From: Chlorokybus atmophyticus
Lineage: Eukaryota; Plantae; Mesostigma and Chlorokybus algae
Reading direction: 5' to 3'
DNA length: 64,000 nucleotides
NCBI GenBank assembly: GCA_009103225.1
Contig: RHPI01002161.1
Span: 107,401-171,400, forward strand
Under the pieces are notes generated by a model. It was given only the letters and a program-made list of their open reading frames with translations, was not told the DNA's origin and did no database searches. Each line of letters begins with the position of its first letter. Positions within the stretch are counted from its first letter, which is position 1. Shown here piece by piece: positions 35,823 to 49,397 of the stretch. The position numbers and the translations under genes are program-made.

Positions 35823-38800
35823 CTAGAAACCCGGTAGCTCCGCAAAGTCTAGTATGCCAACCGGCAACGAAGCAACTTCGCGCAACAACGCTAGTCGATT
35901 CTGCCGTACTGCCTCATCCTCCTGCGCACGCATCAAACATTAAACGATTTGCCTGTCGTGGCAACAACTGCGAGACTGTTACAGGTTGCCTCTTACCGCC
36001 ATAACAAAAACATTGTCAAAGAAAGCTGCGATCGGCTGCAGGAGCTCCTGCGATGCTGACACGAATTCTTCTACAGTGCTGCCTGCATTTTCAGCACAAC
36101 GCCCACATTACTGCCTGCCGCTTTGTCCAAGACCTGAAACCCTTGTGGAGAACACGTTACTGTACCTGATGTGACTTTGCTAGCTGCCTGTTGGTATGCT
36201 GTCCACAACTCCTGCTCTTCATCTTGCACGAAGAGCTTCTCGTCTACCTGTGTAGGTTTGCCAGGTGACTCGACTCAGCTGGCCACACACACTATCAAGC
36301 ATGCCACACAGGCATGCACACCAACACTATGCATTTCACCTTGGCATCAGCTGCAATGGCCTTGCCACGGACGATGCGAGTGGGCCTGGAGTAGGCTGCA
36401 AGCACAGCCTGAAACGGCTCGGACTTCGCCACAGACTCCAACTGCATGTGGACATGTTGACATGTCAAACAAGGGAAGTGAAAGGAATCGACAAGCATAA
36501 ACATTGCTGGGCTGTTGTGTTTCTGACCTCCTTGGCTGAAGCAGTGGCCAGCACAGGATCGTGCCCTCGTTGAGAGAGCACCGCCCTAACAACCTCAAGT
36601 GACAAACCAGAATCTGACAGAAGCTGCTCCAGCCTACGTGTAACAAAATTGATCACCTGCAAAGCACAATCGGTTCAGTTGCTTGCAGTTCACCATAAGT
36701 GTTATATGACAAGGCGAAACAGTCCTGCCTACTACACGATGTCGCACCTCTTCGCGCACTTGGCTGCTGACTTCCACAGGCTGGACGCTAGCAGCAGCGT
36801 CGACAGCCTTCCTCAAATCTACATTCAGCGTGTTTTGCACCAGTGTCTGCACCAGTCCGTATGCGGCTCGTCTTAGGCCAAAGGGATCCGCCGTTGCGCT
36901 CGCACCGCATCCAACGGCAAACAGTCCCACCAGGCTATCGAGCCTGAGTGCATGCATAGCTGTCAGCTGAACAGAGGCTCATGAGTGGAACAACAGGATG
37001 GAGTTGGCGCGCAAATATGCTTGAAATACCTGTCCGCAACCGCCAGCAATGCTCCGCCACCGGAGGATGGTAGAGCATCTCCCGCATTTCGTGGCAGTAC
37101 GCTCTCAAAAACAGCGGTTGCCACCTGCAGCACGCACGCAATATTCCAGTGCATGCCAACGTAAGGCACCTGCCATGCTCATACATGCATGCTTATGGCA
37201 ACATGAGGCAACAAACCTCTTCAGATGCGCCACTTTTTAACGTGTAATGTCTGCCCATGACGCCAGCCAGGCCAGTAAATTCAACCACCATGGCTGTAGC
37301 CAAATCGGCACGAGACAGAGGGCCTGCTTGTTGTGCAACTTGCAGCGTTTCTTGTGGTAGCTCCAGCAACTCTGCCAGGGGCTGCAGCAATGCCTCCACG
37401 CGATCAGTCTTGTTCAGCATAGACCCCAACTTTTCCTGATGCAGGTTAACAAGACAACAAGTCAGCAGCTATGCAATGTGTATGCTGGATGGTTGACAGC
37501 ATTGGGAAGCAAATGAACCTGGAAGGTGATGCCATTGAGCAGTGGACGGAATTCAATAAGGGGCTTGGATACGTCAGCATTGTAGAAAAACCGCGCGTCC
37601 TCATATCGTGCACTGCGTCAAGTTGGATTTGAGAGCTTGCAGCATAATTCACTCGACCATAATATCAATCGCAGAGAGACTTACCGCAGGACGGCCTCAT
37701 TGCCTGCCCTGACTGTAGCCTCATCAAGGATGCCATTTGCAACAGTAACAAAGTGAGGCAGCAGACGCCCTGTTTTACTGTCTTCAACAGGGAAGTACCG
37801 CTGATGCTTTCTCATCACCTGTCAACCAGCGGCGTCAACACCTTGCATCTGGCCACATCCACGCAGCTGTGGCATTTGCGGCGGCGCAATGCTCTTGTGC
37901 TGTAATCCAGCTACACAGTGAACAACAAACCATACCGTGACAAGAACTTCACGAGGGAGTTCTAGGAAAGACGCATCAAAACTTCCAAGCAGCGGCGCAG
38001 GAGCCTCCACTAGGTTGGCAACCTGAGCAGCATGCCGCAATGAAACTGGTCAGCTTGCAAATAGCAACCCATGCACGTTCAGGCTAAATGCAACAACAGC
38101 GAAACTGACACTTGATGTAAGCCGAAGGTGCATGTACATGCAAGTAGATAGCCAACACTCGCGATGGCTAATGTTGAAATGGATTGTGCACATGATGACT
38201 GCTGGTACATTCCGGAACCGAACTTGTTTATCGGACAAACAGTACGCGCTCCGAGGGCAGGATTTGACCAACTCGCACACAGGACAACCAGAGGTCCGCA
38301 ACTTATCAATACAGCACCTCATCGAGGAGTCCCTCTTTGGCTTCCTCTGGGACGCGTCCCCCAACCTCCGCAGCCAAGCCAGCGGCAAGGGACCAGATGT
38401 ACTCCTTCCTTTCCTGCAGACAAGCAGACAATGCCAAGCTACAATCAACACACCCAACTCCGTTAATCTCATCATCTGGTTGCTGTTATGCAGACGGTTG
38501 GATGCCTTTCACATGAACATCTGTCAACGGACCTCGACCGACAGCATGATGCCTGCTGACCGCAGTGTCTCCAGATACGCTTCAGCACTGGGAACCTGTG
38601 TTTGATGTTGGTGCAATGCATGCCTCAGTACACATCACATCCAGTAAGAACATGTGGCGCACAAAGTGCTTATACCTGCACAACTGGTTGCTCTGCATTC
38701 CGCAGCACTCGGCTTCCATTGTTACTGCAAACCAACAACAACGACAACACACTAAGTAGTTGCCGTTATTCCAGCAACAAGTGCATGACACTCTGCAATT

Positions 38801-41800
38801 GAACCAACCTGCGAACGAGCGCATACTGGAAGTCCAGCAACATATCTCCATGCAATGCCACCAACCACCTCAATGGACGGCTGTAGGCTGCCTGAGCACA
38901 CCACAGTACACATGTAAAAATAGGAACCAACAATTTGTGGTTCAAATCCGTACCTCTGAAGTCCAGCGCATGGTTTTGGGGAAGGACAAGGACGACACCA
39001 GGTTTGGCAGCTCCTCGGACAGGATCTGAAACACGTGTCTGAGCACCTGTTGCTATGCAGTCGAACAGACGGGACATCCTAAACTTATACCTCATGTGCA
39101 GGCCGTCCAACTTGCTTGACAGTGGCAAACACATACTCAACCCCTTTGGCTGCATAACCACAGGCCAATGAGCTGCCTGAAATGTGTTGCAAACCAGATG
39201 GGGGAGGGGAATGCAATCACTCACCATCCAGAATGCGCTGCACATCCGCAGCATCTACACGATTCTTGGCACAAAAACCCAATAGCGCCTGCGAGCCAAA
39301 CAATAAGCACATTGACCCAAGCTGACGAGAATGGCCTACCGCTGCAGATAGTCAAACATAACTTGTTGAGACCTTAGTAGGTGAGCCGTCAGCTGCAAAT
39401 GCTGCTTTGACTGGAGGCCCACGAACGCTTTCTTCCTTGTCCAGCTGCCGCCCTGCGAGATCTTGGACCATGACCTGCCAGCGCAAGATGCAACATGATA
39501 ATCCAGCACCATGACAATTGGCACGCAATTAATTTAACATTGTATGAGTGCAGCACGGCACAATAGACACAAGATATGCTTGCAGTGAGCAAAAGCAACA
39601 ACGAGCGGTTACCAATCATTATTGACAATGGCAAGATACACACCGCAAGTCGCCTTGGAGTCCCTTGACAAGTCACAGTGCTGTGCAACAACCTAAGCTT
39701 CTCAAGCATTGCTGGCACTGATGCGCGAAGCTGCACCAGTCACAGTATGTTACATGTGGTAAGCAAAAGCTGGTGCACGCAGTGCTCAGGGAGAAGAAAG
39801 CTACAAGAGCCACCTGCTCCAAGGCAGATGCTACATCTTGCGGTGGCAACTCTTCTGACCCAATTTCAAGCACGAAAGCACGAGGAGCACTAGAGTCAGA
39901 GCTGTGCGCTTCGACAGACTTAGACATATCCGGCAACTGCGGCGGGTCCACTGTGCCGAGCGGATAACCCAGCTCCTCTCGTATCTCCACCCACAGCTGG
40001 GCACACTGACGAGCCAAACTACGAGCACAACGCTTGTTGGCCATGCCATGCTAAGTGCCAAGACTTCGCGGACTCAGTAACGCATTGGTTAACCGCAATG
40101 CAATAGGTACCTGCGCATGCGGCTAAAGAAGCGAGCCCTCTCTGTCACGCCAACCGCACCGCGCGCGTCAAGTATGTTGAACACGTGCGAGCTCTTCAAC
40201 AAATGATTAAACCTGCCTAGAAACAGTGCATGGAAAGTTGCACAGGGTAAACAGCTGCTGCAAGGAAAGTTGACTGTGCTGCAGCTGACCAAAACCTACG
40301 CTGGGATTGGCAGCCTTTGGGTCAGCATTGCGCGGGCTTCTTCATCATACAGGTCAAATCGCTGCTGTGTTCGACCAAGGTCAGCTGCATCCAGGTTGTA
40401 TGTACTCATTTCCCTCCTGCGTACACCATATACTTCAATGTGAAGACTGTTTGCTCCAGCAACCTAAATGGTCTGGCGACAAGTCAGCTTACTCGTTCTG
40501 CAAGAACAGCTCTCCGTATGTAAGCGAGTTGGTGTAACGGATCTTCTTAAAGTGGTCAACTCCCTGTCAAGTGGACCAGGTAAGTTGCAGTCGACAACTT
40601 CCTAAAAACTGTTATCCTCAGGGGCAGAACAGTTTGCAGCAAGATGACAGTAACTGGCACTCATTGTGTACATGCAGCACCCTACCTGAAGGGCCATGAT
40701 GATTCTTTCCAACCCATACGTTATCTCCACAGCAACAGGCTTCAAAGGCAGGCTGCCACACTGACCAAGACAAGCAGGAAGTCACAGATGAAAAGCTGCA
40801 TGAAAAGCGCTGCAACTCAACGAGGCTACACACCTGCTGAAAGTAGGTAAACTGCGTAATCTCCATGCCATCCATCCACACCTCCCATCCAAGCCCCCAA
40901 GCCCCAAGAACCTGCGTGTGCTGTGGAGTCAATAGATGAAGCAAAATCAATGGAAGAAAGTATTGCATCTTGCAAGGCTGACCGCACCGGACTTTCCCAG
41001 TTGTCCTCAACAAAGCGGACGTCATGTTTTCTTGTATCAATGCCTGACAAGCAACACATCAGCCAACCAACAAATTACAACACTCAACTGACTTACCACT
41101 AGCTTGCTTTCTCTGTGCGTACAACAATACCCACCTAGAGCTGCCAAGCTGCCAAGGTAAAGCTCCTGCGGGTTGCCTGGGTCCGGTTTGAGAATAACCT
41201 GTCCGAACAGTCAGAAAAATGACAGCAAGCGCCGCAGCATAACTGTGGACGCCAGGCAAACCCTGCTCTCACCAACCTGAAACTGCGTGTGTTGCTGAAC
41301 GCGGTTAGGATTGTCACCGTATCGGCTGTCATCTGGACGCACACTTGGCTCAATGTATCTGCATTGCAACCACTTTCAGCGAACTGACCGTAATGCAAAT
41401 GTACTAAAGTTCTCCATGCTTGTTACTTACGCAACATTCCATGGCTCCGGGCCAAGTACTCGCAAAAAGGTGGCTGGATTCATGGTGCCAGCTCCAACTT
41501 CTGTGTTGTATGGAGTCAGCACTGCGCAACCTATCCTTGACCAGTACTCCTGTGGATGGATGCACATTGCATTTTGCCTGAAGTGTTGGGCATTGCCATG
41601 GATGACAAATGTGAAGTTACACAACTGCCTCAGCCTGTTGCTACTAGTCGGGAAGCGCATTACGCCTGTCATCCGAGTATGCAGGCAAGCACCATTGCGT
41701 AGTCAGCATTGTGTGACTGAGTGCAAGTCAATTGCATGCATGTTGACAATGCGGTATACGTCAACTGCATGAGCATGCAATCCATGAATTAATGGTATTG

Positions 41801-42213
41801 AGCTCCAACTGCGACTGGAACAGAGCTGTAGTGGTACAACCTCCAGCATTGTACTGTACTGGGCAGCTGTGGACCGTGCTCGGTACCTGCAAACGCTGTA
41901 TGGCTTCCTGGAAGGTGGGAACAGAGCTAGCATTGGAAGCAGCAGGTGCGGTGTCAGCATGTGGGGGGGCATCAATCAAAGAGACAGCAGCTGGCGGGGA
42001 AGTTGACGGCGGAGGAGGCGGGGGAGAAGCTGCGCACATGCAGCGAACTCCTCGTGTCAAATGTGCGCGCTGCTCTGGAACAGCCCCCCTTGTCCGGCAG
42101 CTCCGCAACAGCAGCACACGACGCAGGCCCACAGTAGCGAGTGTCCTGCGAGGCACGCATGCTGCGACCGCCACCGCCGGCAACCTCGCCGCCACCGCCG
42201 CCGCCGCCATCAT
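35823..42213 (-). CDS. glyQS: Organellar glycyl-tRNA synthetase, fused alpha and beta subunits, many exons
   Basis: [50 protein letters not shown]...[60 protein letters not shown] and NRLALLREV...LPGF*. Confidence 0.95.
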
Positions 42214-42532
42214 TGCGCCACGTCTCAATTACACTGTATGCCGACAAGCCCTAAGTCCAGTCCAAGCCCGCGTTACGCCAGTAGACAACGCTAGATTCCT
42301 CACATTGGTGTATCGAGTAGGTAGATTCTCGTGAAGCGTTACGGCTGGAGCTTAGTTACGCTACTGGCACTGAAGCTACTGCCAATACAGTAGTGCATAC
42401 AGCGCAGTGGCATTGTCGGCACTGTGCGTGGGGCCAGCAGCGTGGGCGGTGGTGAGGTCGTGGGCCTAGCTGCGGCGGAGCTTAGGATTGCCTCGGAAGC
42501 CGTTTGGAAAGCTGTCTGTAAGGTCGCGCAGC

Positions 42533-45408
42533 ATGTCGACTGCCGTCGTGCTGGTCGGCGGGCCGACCAAAGGTGCGTATGGCCTACCAATGGTGAACCA
42601 TTCTGTGGTAATACGCTGCTGTTTACGTCGCTTCCTAAGTAGCTAGCTCAGCAAGGCATTGCAGAATAGTGCCTTTCTGCATGCCCTTCTGGTTGGTTTG
42701 TGTGTTTGGGCAGCCATTGGCAACCACTCAACAGCTAGCTTGCCTAATGCAGGTGTTGCTCTCCCGTTGGAAGCTACTGCATGTGTGCGTGCGTGGCTGT
42801 CGTACACGCTACATCTTAACTACGTGCAGTTCTGAATTTGTACATGCTGAGGTGCCTGCGCTCAGTGTGACTAAGCCTGCTGTTGCTAAATGCCACTGCT
42901 GGATGCCACTGTGGTTAAGCTGACAGAGCAGCACGTAATACAACCAGGCAATGGAGTGTGCATTGACTGCAAACAAATGCCAGTACTATTTGTGTACAGG
43001 CACGCGGTTCCGGCCGCTGTCGTTCAACCTGCCGAAGCCCATGTTCCCTTTGGCCGGACGTCCGATGCTCTATCATCCTGTTGTGGCGTGCAAAAAGGTG
43101 AATGCACTGTCTGCTCTCATGTCAACCAGAGACGTGCCGCGGCATGCTGAACTTAGACACCACATCAAGGCGTCACATGCCTCACCATAATAATGTGCAT
43201 GTTGTGCAGATTCCAGACCTCAAGCGTATACTTGTGATTGGGTTCTACGATGAAAAGGAGTTCGGGTTCTACTGCTCTGCGATGTCAAATGAGCTCAACA
43301 TTTCCGTTAGGCATGTGGTGTTGACTCAGCCTGCACACACAGCTTTTGCATCAAGTTGGCGCATAACATCAGGCATTCTGCAGGTACCTGAAGGAAGAAA
43401 AGCCACACGGGTCTGCTGGAGGTCTCTTGCACTTTAAGGATGTCATTCTGGAAGACAATCCGGTGAGAACGCTGTTGCGCCAGGCTTCTGGTCATGTCTG
43501 CCTTAAACAAAGCTGGACGACCTGCAAGTGTGACTGACTGTGGTCCTGCTGTTGGCAGGAAAACATCTTTGTCATCAACTGCGATGTTTGCTCTTCATTC
43601 CCTCTGGCAGAGCTCCTGGGTCAGTGAGTAGCATTTATCAACATCATCGTGATTGCTATTGTCGCTACCATCATCGACGTGAGTGGTACTTGTCGTTGAT
43701 GGTTTCGCTTGCAGAGGCGCACCATCAGTCGCAGCGGCTGGGCACCATTCTTGTCAAGCGAGTACGTATGATGTACACTCATTGGCATCGAGCGATGCTA
43801 TTGACAAGTTAATCACTACCATCCTACGACTTGCCAATGCCAATGTTTGCTGCAGGTCTCAAAGGAGCTGGCACAAGATTATGGTGAGCTGGTCGCGGAT
43901 CCCACGACCAATGAGCTTCTGCATTATACGGAAAAGCCAGAGACATTTGTGAGTACTGTCTGAGTCGTTTTTGCATATGTTGAGCTGTTGCATTGAAGCC
44001 CTTATGACCACCGTAAACGGTCCTTGTAGTGATAGACTGTGTGTGCAGGTCAGCGATCTCATCAACTGCGGCGTGTACGTTTTCTCATCAGAGGTGTTCA
44101 ACGCCATCCAGAGGGTGGCATCAGCGTTGAAGGACCCTCGTATGTAAAGCGTGCTGCAGGGCATGCGACCTGTTGCTTCAGGCGATTTCACCATGTAATA
44201 GCTGCTTGCAGCGTGTGGGCTGTCATCTCAGTCTGGTTGCCCTGTGCAGAGGGCAGCATGAGGAGAGTCTCCAGTTTCAACGAGTACACATTGCAGATTG
44301 CTCAGAGGTGCGTGGGTGGGTGCATGCTGTATATACAGCCAGCTGCATTCGTCTAAGTTGTGTCAATTCATGTCTGATGCAGGCCAGTTGGCGAGGACTA
44401 CGTTCGCATAGATCAAGAGATTCTCACACCGCTTGCCGGGAAGAAACAGCTGTATGTTTACAAGACAGAAGACTTTTGGGAACAAATCAAGAACCCCGGG
44501 TATGCTGTCGTGCACTTCAAGCACACCTCACCTGGATTATACTCGTTTTTGTAGCTTAGCTGCTACTCTTGTATTGTTCCACGTTGTCTTCCATTGTGGT
44601 TTCCCTGCTTATAGAGCATACAATGTCTGCGCAGTGTGTCACTGAAGTGTTCAGAGCTCTACTTGAGCCAGTACATGAAGACCAACCCGCAGCTGCTTGC
44701 CAAGAATGCGGAAGGCAAGCCTGCTGTTGCTGGCAACGTCTTCATCCATCCATCTGCCAAAATCCATCCAACGGCCAAGGTACATGTTCAGATAGCAATC
44801 TTCTCCTGGCGCAGATTCCAGGTACAATTGTTTCCTTTTTCCAGATTGGGCCCAACGTATCAATCTCAGCCAACGCACGCATTGGTGCTGGCGTCCGCTT
44901 GATCAACTGCATCGTCCTGGATGACGTTGATGTCAAGGTGTGTTCACTGTGGGTGGTATCGATTGTGCAATGCATCTATCTCATATGTGCGAGTACACAC
45001 GTGTTCCGTCTGTTTTGAGCAGGAGAATGCCTGCGTGATGAATGCCATTGTTGGATGGAAGTCAAGTCTGGGAAAGTGGGCGCGTGTGCAGGTATGCTGG
45101 TTGCGGCGCATGCAGCGTACAGTGCTCCGTGAAGAGCAAAGGCAAAGCTCTTGTCAGTCATGGTCACTGATGGTGACTTTTGTCTCAGGGATCTGGGAAC
45201 TTCACTGAAAGACTGGGTGTGACAATTCTTGGTAAGCGTCATATAGGTGGATCTGTTTGGTAGATGGTGTCAAGGGGTCCCTAACAGTGTTGGATTATTG
45301 CGTGCAGGTGAAGACGTTTTGGTCTCTGATGAAGTGGTTGTCGCCAACTGCATACTGCTTCCGCACAAGGAGATCCGGACCAGTGTCGCAAACGAAATTA
45401 TCTTGTAG
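42533..45408 (+). CDS. GMPPA: Mannose-1-phosphate guanylyltransferase alpha-type (GMPPA/KONJAC-like)
   Basis: VLVGGPTK-GTRFRPLS...PKPMFPLAG, GSAGGL, HYTEKPETFVSDLINCGVY, FWEQIKTPG and a C-terminal hexapeptide region. Confidence 0.93.
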
Positions 45409-47057
45409 TCTGGCTTGGACGCTGTTACAGTTGTGCACATTGCTCGTTGGTCCCCACAGTATGGGTGCAGGACAAACCTATACGTTCTATGTTTTCAGTC
45501 CAGGCTCGCCAGCCCATCCTCACCATTGCAGGCACAGTTACATTGAATCTACCTTCAATGCTGCCAACTTGAGATTGGCTGTAGTCACTAGTCGCAGGCG
45601 CCTGTTGACACCATGGCGGTAGCTGATTTGGGGTGGGTTACAAAACCTGAGTAAGAAATGATTCTGTTAAGAAACTGGCTAGCTGGGCCTGAAGCACAAC
45701 ATGGGCCAAAGCCTTTGATAGGACAAATCCAGCAATGGCAACAAGCACCATTTCCGTAAGCATTTGCAAGCACCCAGCTTGATCCACAGTAACCTTTGCG
45801 AGTCACAAGTGTGTTGTGTTGTGTATTGTATGCGATATAAGAGATATGCAAGCCGTAACTACTGCTGTGTATCTATTGTGGGCTGCAGATTGAACCTTTG
45901 CTTAGCAACGTTTGCTTGCTTGCCCTTCACATGCTTGCCTACCCCAAGGTTAATGGCTAACGTTAGAGGTAATTTGGCAATGCAGTTTCGCATAGCCCCC
46001 CCCCCCCCCCCCCNNNNNNNNNNNNNNNNNNNNNNNNNNNNNNNNNNNNNNNNNNNNNNNNNNNNNNNNNNNNNNNNNNNNNNNNNNNNNNNNNNNNNNN
46101 NNNNNNNNNNNNNNNNNNNNNNNNNNNNNNNNNNNNNNNNNNNNNNNNNNNNNNNNNNNNNNCCCCCGCGTGTCCTTGTGCTTGTGTCTTGTAGTGCAGT
46201 GCTTGCCACTGTTTGCTTGTCCAATGCGGCGACCCACCGTGCACCGTGTAGTATGGTGCACTGCGAAAATGCAATGTCTACGCAGCTGCTGTGACACCAA
46301 GAGCTACGCTTTGCACAGGGTATGAGTCATATTTGCATGTGCACTTGCACAGTGTAACGTCTGCAGTAGGCAAAGGCTCTGCTACACCGTGCCTATCATG
46401 CAACTTACTAGATAACTGCCACTGTTAGCCAGTGATTCCTTCAGTGATTGCTGGGCCACTCGCTCATCCTGGGCGTCTGAGGGATGCGCTGTTGACAGCG
46501 CTGTGCGCCTCTCACGCCTCTCTTATTACATGGGGAAGCATGACGAACATTGCCTGCGCGCAATGCTGCCTGCACATACCAACCCTACAGTGCTGTGCAC
46601 TTGCTGTCAAACTGTTATTGATATTGTTCCCTTTTCCCTGTTACCTTTGGGCCACAGAACCAGCATGGCACACCGCCTCCAAAGGTCCAGCGCCTTCTTG
46701 CATGCTGTGTGGTGTCATCCACATGTGGCGGCCATGCTAATGTGCGCGGCGAGCATGCACTGGAAATGGAAGGCCAAGCAGCCTTATTTACAGCGTGCTT
46801 GTATTTATCAAATGTATAACAGCATGCAATAAGCCTACGTTTAACAACACAGTATGTACAAGTTGGCGCTGCAACAGCTGAACTAGCACTCTTGAAGCTG
46901 TGCCAGTGTGTTGAAGGGTGTTGCAGGCGCCCGCTTCCTAGCGTGTCTCCCCGGTCGGCAGCGCGCCCATTCGGCAAACCTACTTACATGCAGATGCAGG
47001 GGCATCTGCGCAATAATCCTGCACAACATGCGGCGTACAAGTATACAGGTGGTGATA

Positions 47058-49397
47058 TCAGCTGCAGCTCTCATCCAGGTGCACAATGCGGTCACGGAGG
47101 CGTGCTGCTTCTTCATAGCGCTCATTCTCAATAGCCTGTAAGTACAACACCAACAACACCACTGTCATCACCTCTTTCCAATCGAACCTCCTTGCACGCT
47201 ATGCAATAGAGTGCAAGTCAGTTTACCTTCTGCATGGCCTTTTCCAGTGTGGTATACTGATGCTCTACCATAGCAATCTCCTGACGAAGGCGTGCTGCGA
47301 GGAAGGACAACACATTTGGCGGAATGCACACAACAATCTCCCCATGCTTGCATACATTGCTTGCTGGTGAGGACAACCGTGCCACGTGCTGTGAGCCAGT
47401 GCATGAGCGGTGCGCACCTGCTTCACTGAAGCGATCTTCAGAAGTAGCTACAACTAAGCGTGCCTTCAACCGTCCAGCTGGGTCATGCTTGCTGGCAGAC
47501 GCAACACATCACCATTAGCAGCCTACAAAACAACTAGCAATCAGAAACAAGCGAGAGAAACTCTACCGTGCTTGCTCATGCAGCTCCTTCGCAATCGCAT
47601 CGTCATCCTGATCTGAGTGGTGGTACTCTGGTTGCATCTTAATGCCAAATAGGTGCAGCACCATCTTGCTGATGTAAATGGGCTTCTTGAGGATTGTCGC
47701 AAGTATTACGGCATCGGATGGACGCGCATCCATGTCAGACTCCCAACCGTCAGATTCCTGCAACAGAAGATACCAGGTTGAAACTTTGGCATGGCGTTCC
47801 CAGTTATCGTACGCCCACTTTCTGAAACTCACCCGGCGAAGGAATATGCGAGCATGAAAGGTGGACTTCACCACATGTGTGACTTTGACTTTGGTGATCT
47901 GTCACATAGAATCAGAGGGCTATCATCCAAAATTGTTAATCAGCTTTGTCCCTCTTTATGGCATAGATGGTGGAGCTCACAATGGCTCCCCATGGGCTCA
48001 CCTGGCAGCCCATGTGCTCAATCATATTTGTCATAAGATAGTAAGTGCGGGGCCGATCCTGCAATGTAGCCATAGAGCGTAAGAGTTGAGCACAAGAAGC
48101 AAACTGACGTTATGTGTTAGAAGCCTGCAGCCGGCACTTAGCGCACCATTGGCTGTGGCGGGGAAGCAATTGCATTAAACAAAGAACGGCTTTCTAGATC
48201 ACCTGAACAATAGCAGATCAGTACTCAGAACAAATGCAGAACAACTCGGAGCAACACAGTGACAGATACAAAAAGGCTTGATTGTCTACAGTGCAGTGTT
48301 GCTGTACGAGACTAGCAGTGTAGGCATACCTACAGCCATCCGCAGCTTGCTACCACCATCCCCAATGGTGATCAGGTCAATGACATTGTATGGTTCCAGC
48401 CACACTGCGGACAATGTGTCAGTTAGGTCGCCCTTTGACAGAATACAACCGCCGACAACAAGGAATGCCATGCACGACCTGACAACTTGTTGCAGCCAAA
48501 CATGTAGCACGTGACACAAACAGCGAACTGCCTGACACAATTGAACTGCAACCAGCAGACAGACGCCAACACACACATACATAACCACGAACAACTGACA
48601 ACGACAGCATTTATGAGATCAGAATTGCAGCAGCGGCTTTGTTCTACTGGATTAGGACAACAGAACCATTGTCACAGATTGAGCACATCGCGAACTACGA
48701 ATTTGCAAGGAACACATTGAAACACTCAAAGGCATCGAGCAGCAGCCCTGCGATAGACAAGCATAAGCAAGAAGCAGCCACATCAAGAGGACCGCATCAA
48801 CCAATGCAGGAGGACAAGGTTTCAAGGCAGTACAGGAAGAGGACAGCTTAAGCAAACGCCATCAAGCGCATGCAGCACTTGTGCCGTTGAAAGACTGACT
48901 TGTGAACTGTGGTCGGCACCACTGCCAGCATACAAGCAGACAAGGCGGTGGGGTCGATGCAAGCTGTGCAGAACAACCTTGCGTGCTATTCCGGCTTCTT
49001 GAAATTACATGCTTGACGCAAGACAAGCTGATTGATTAGAGCACGTAAGCTTACCGTTGTCAACGCGGGCCTCGAGGTAGTCGTCGTCTTCACCCCAAGC
49101 GTTGCCAGACATGGCAGAAGAGACGCGCTCGCCAGCACTCATCCTAACAGGCGTCCGCTGGGGTTTCAGCTTAGGCTTGCTGCCGCAGCTTGGCGAGCGG
49201 CCCTGGGCAGAGCGGCGCCTTTGCCCAGCATCCAGTAGGCGGATGCCTGCGGACCTGCTGCTTCGCACCCCGCATGGGCGCCCCGCGCAGCCATCCAAGC
49301 GAGAGGCCGCCTGCGTCGTCGTCGCCGTCGAAGCCGGCAGCGCAGCCGGCTTCGACGCTGACGTCGCCAGCCCGGGCAACGTCGCCGCCGCCGCCAT
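47058..49397 (-). CDS. Bifunctional nuclease (DUF151/DNase-RNase) with C-terminal UVR motif, probably organelle-targeted
   Basis: DRPRTYYLMTNMIEHMG, VTHVVKSTFHARIFL, DMDARPSDAVILA...PIYIS; terminal AIENERYEEAARLRDRI; transit-peptide-like N-terminus. Confidence 0.85.
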
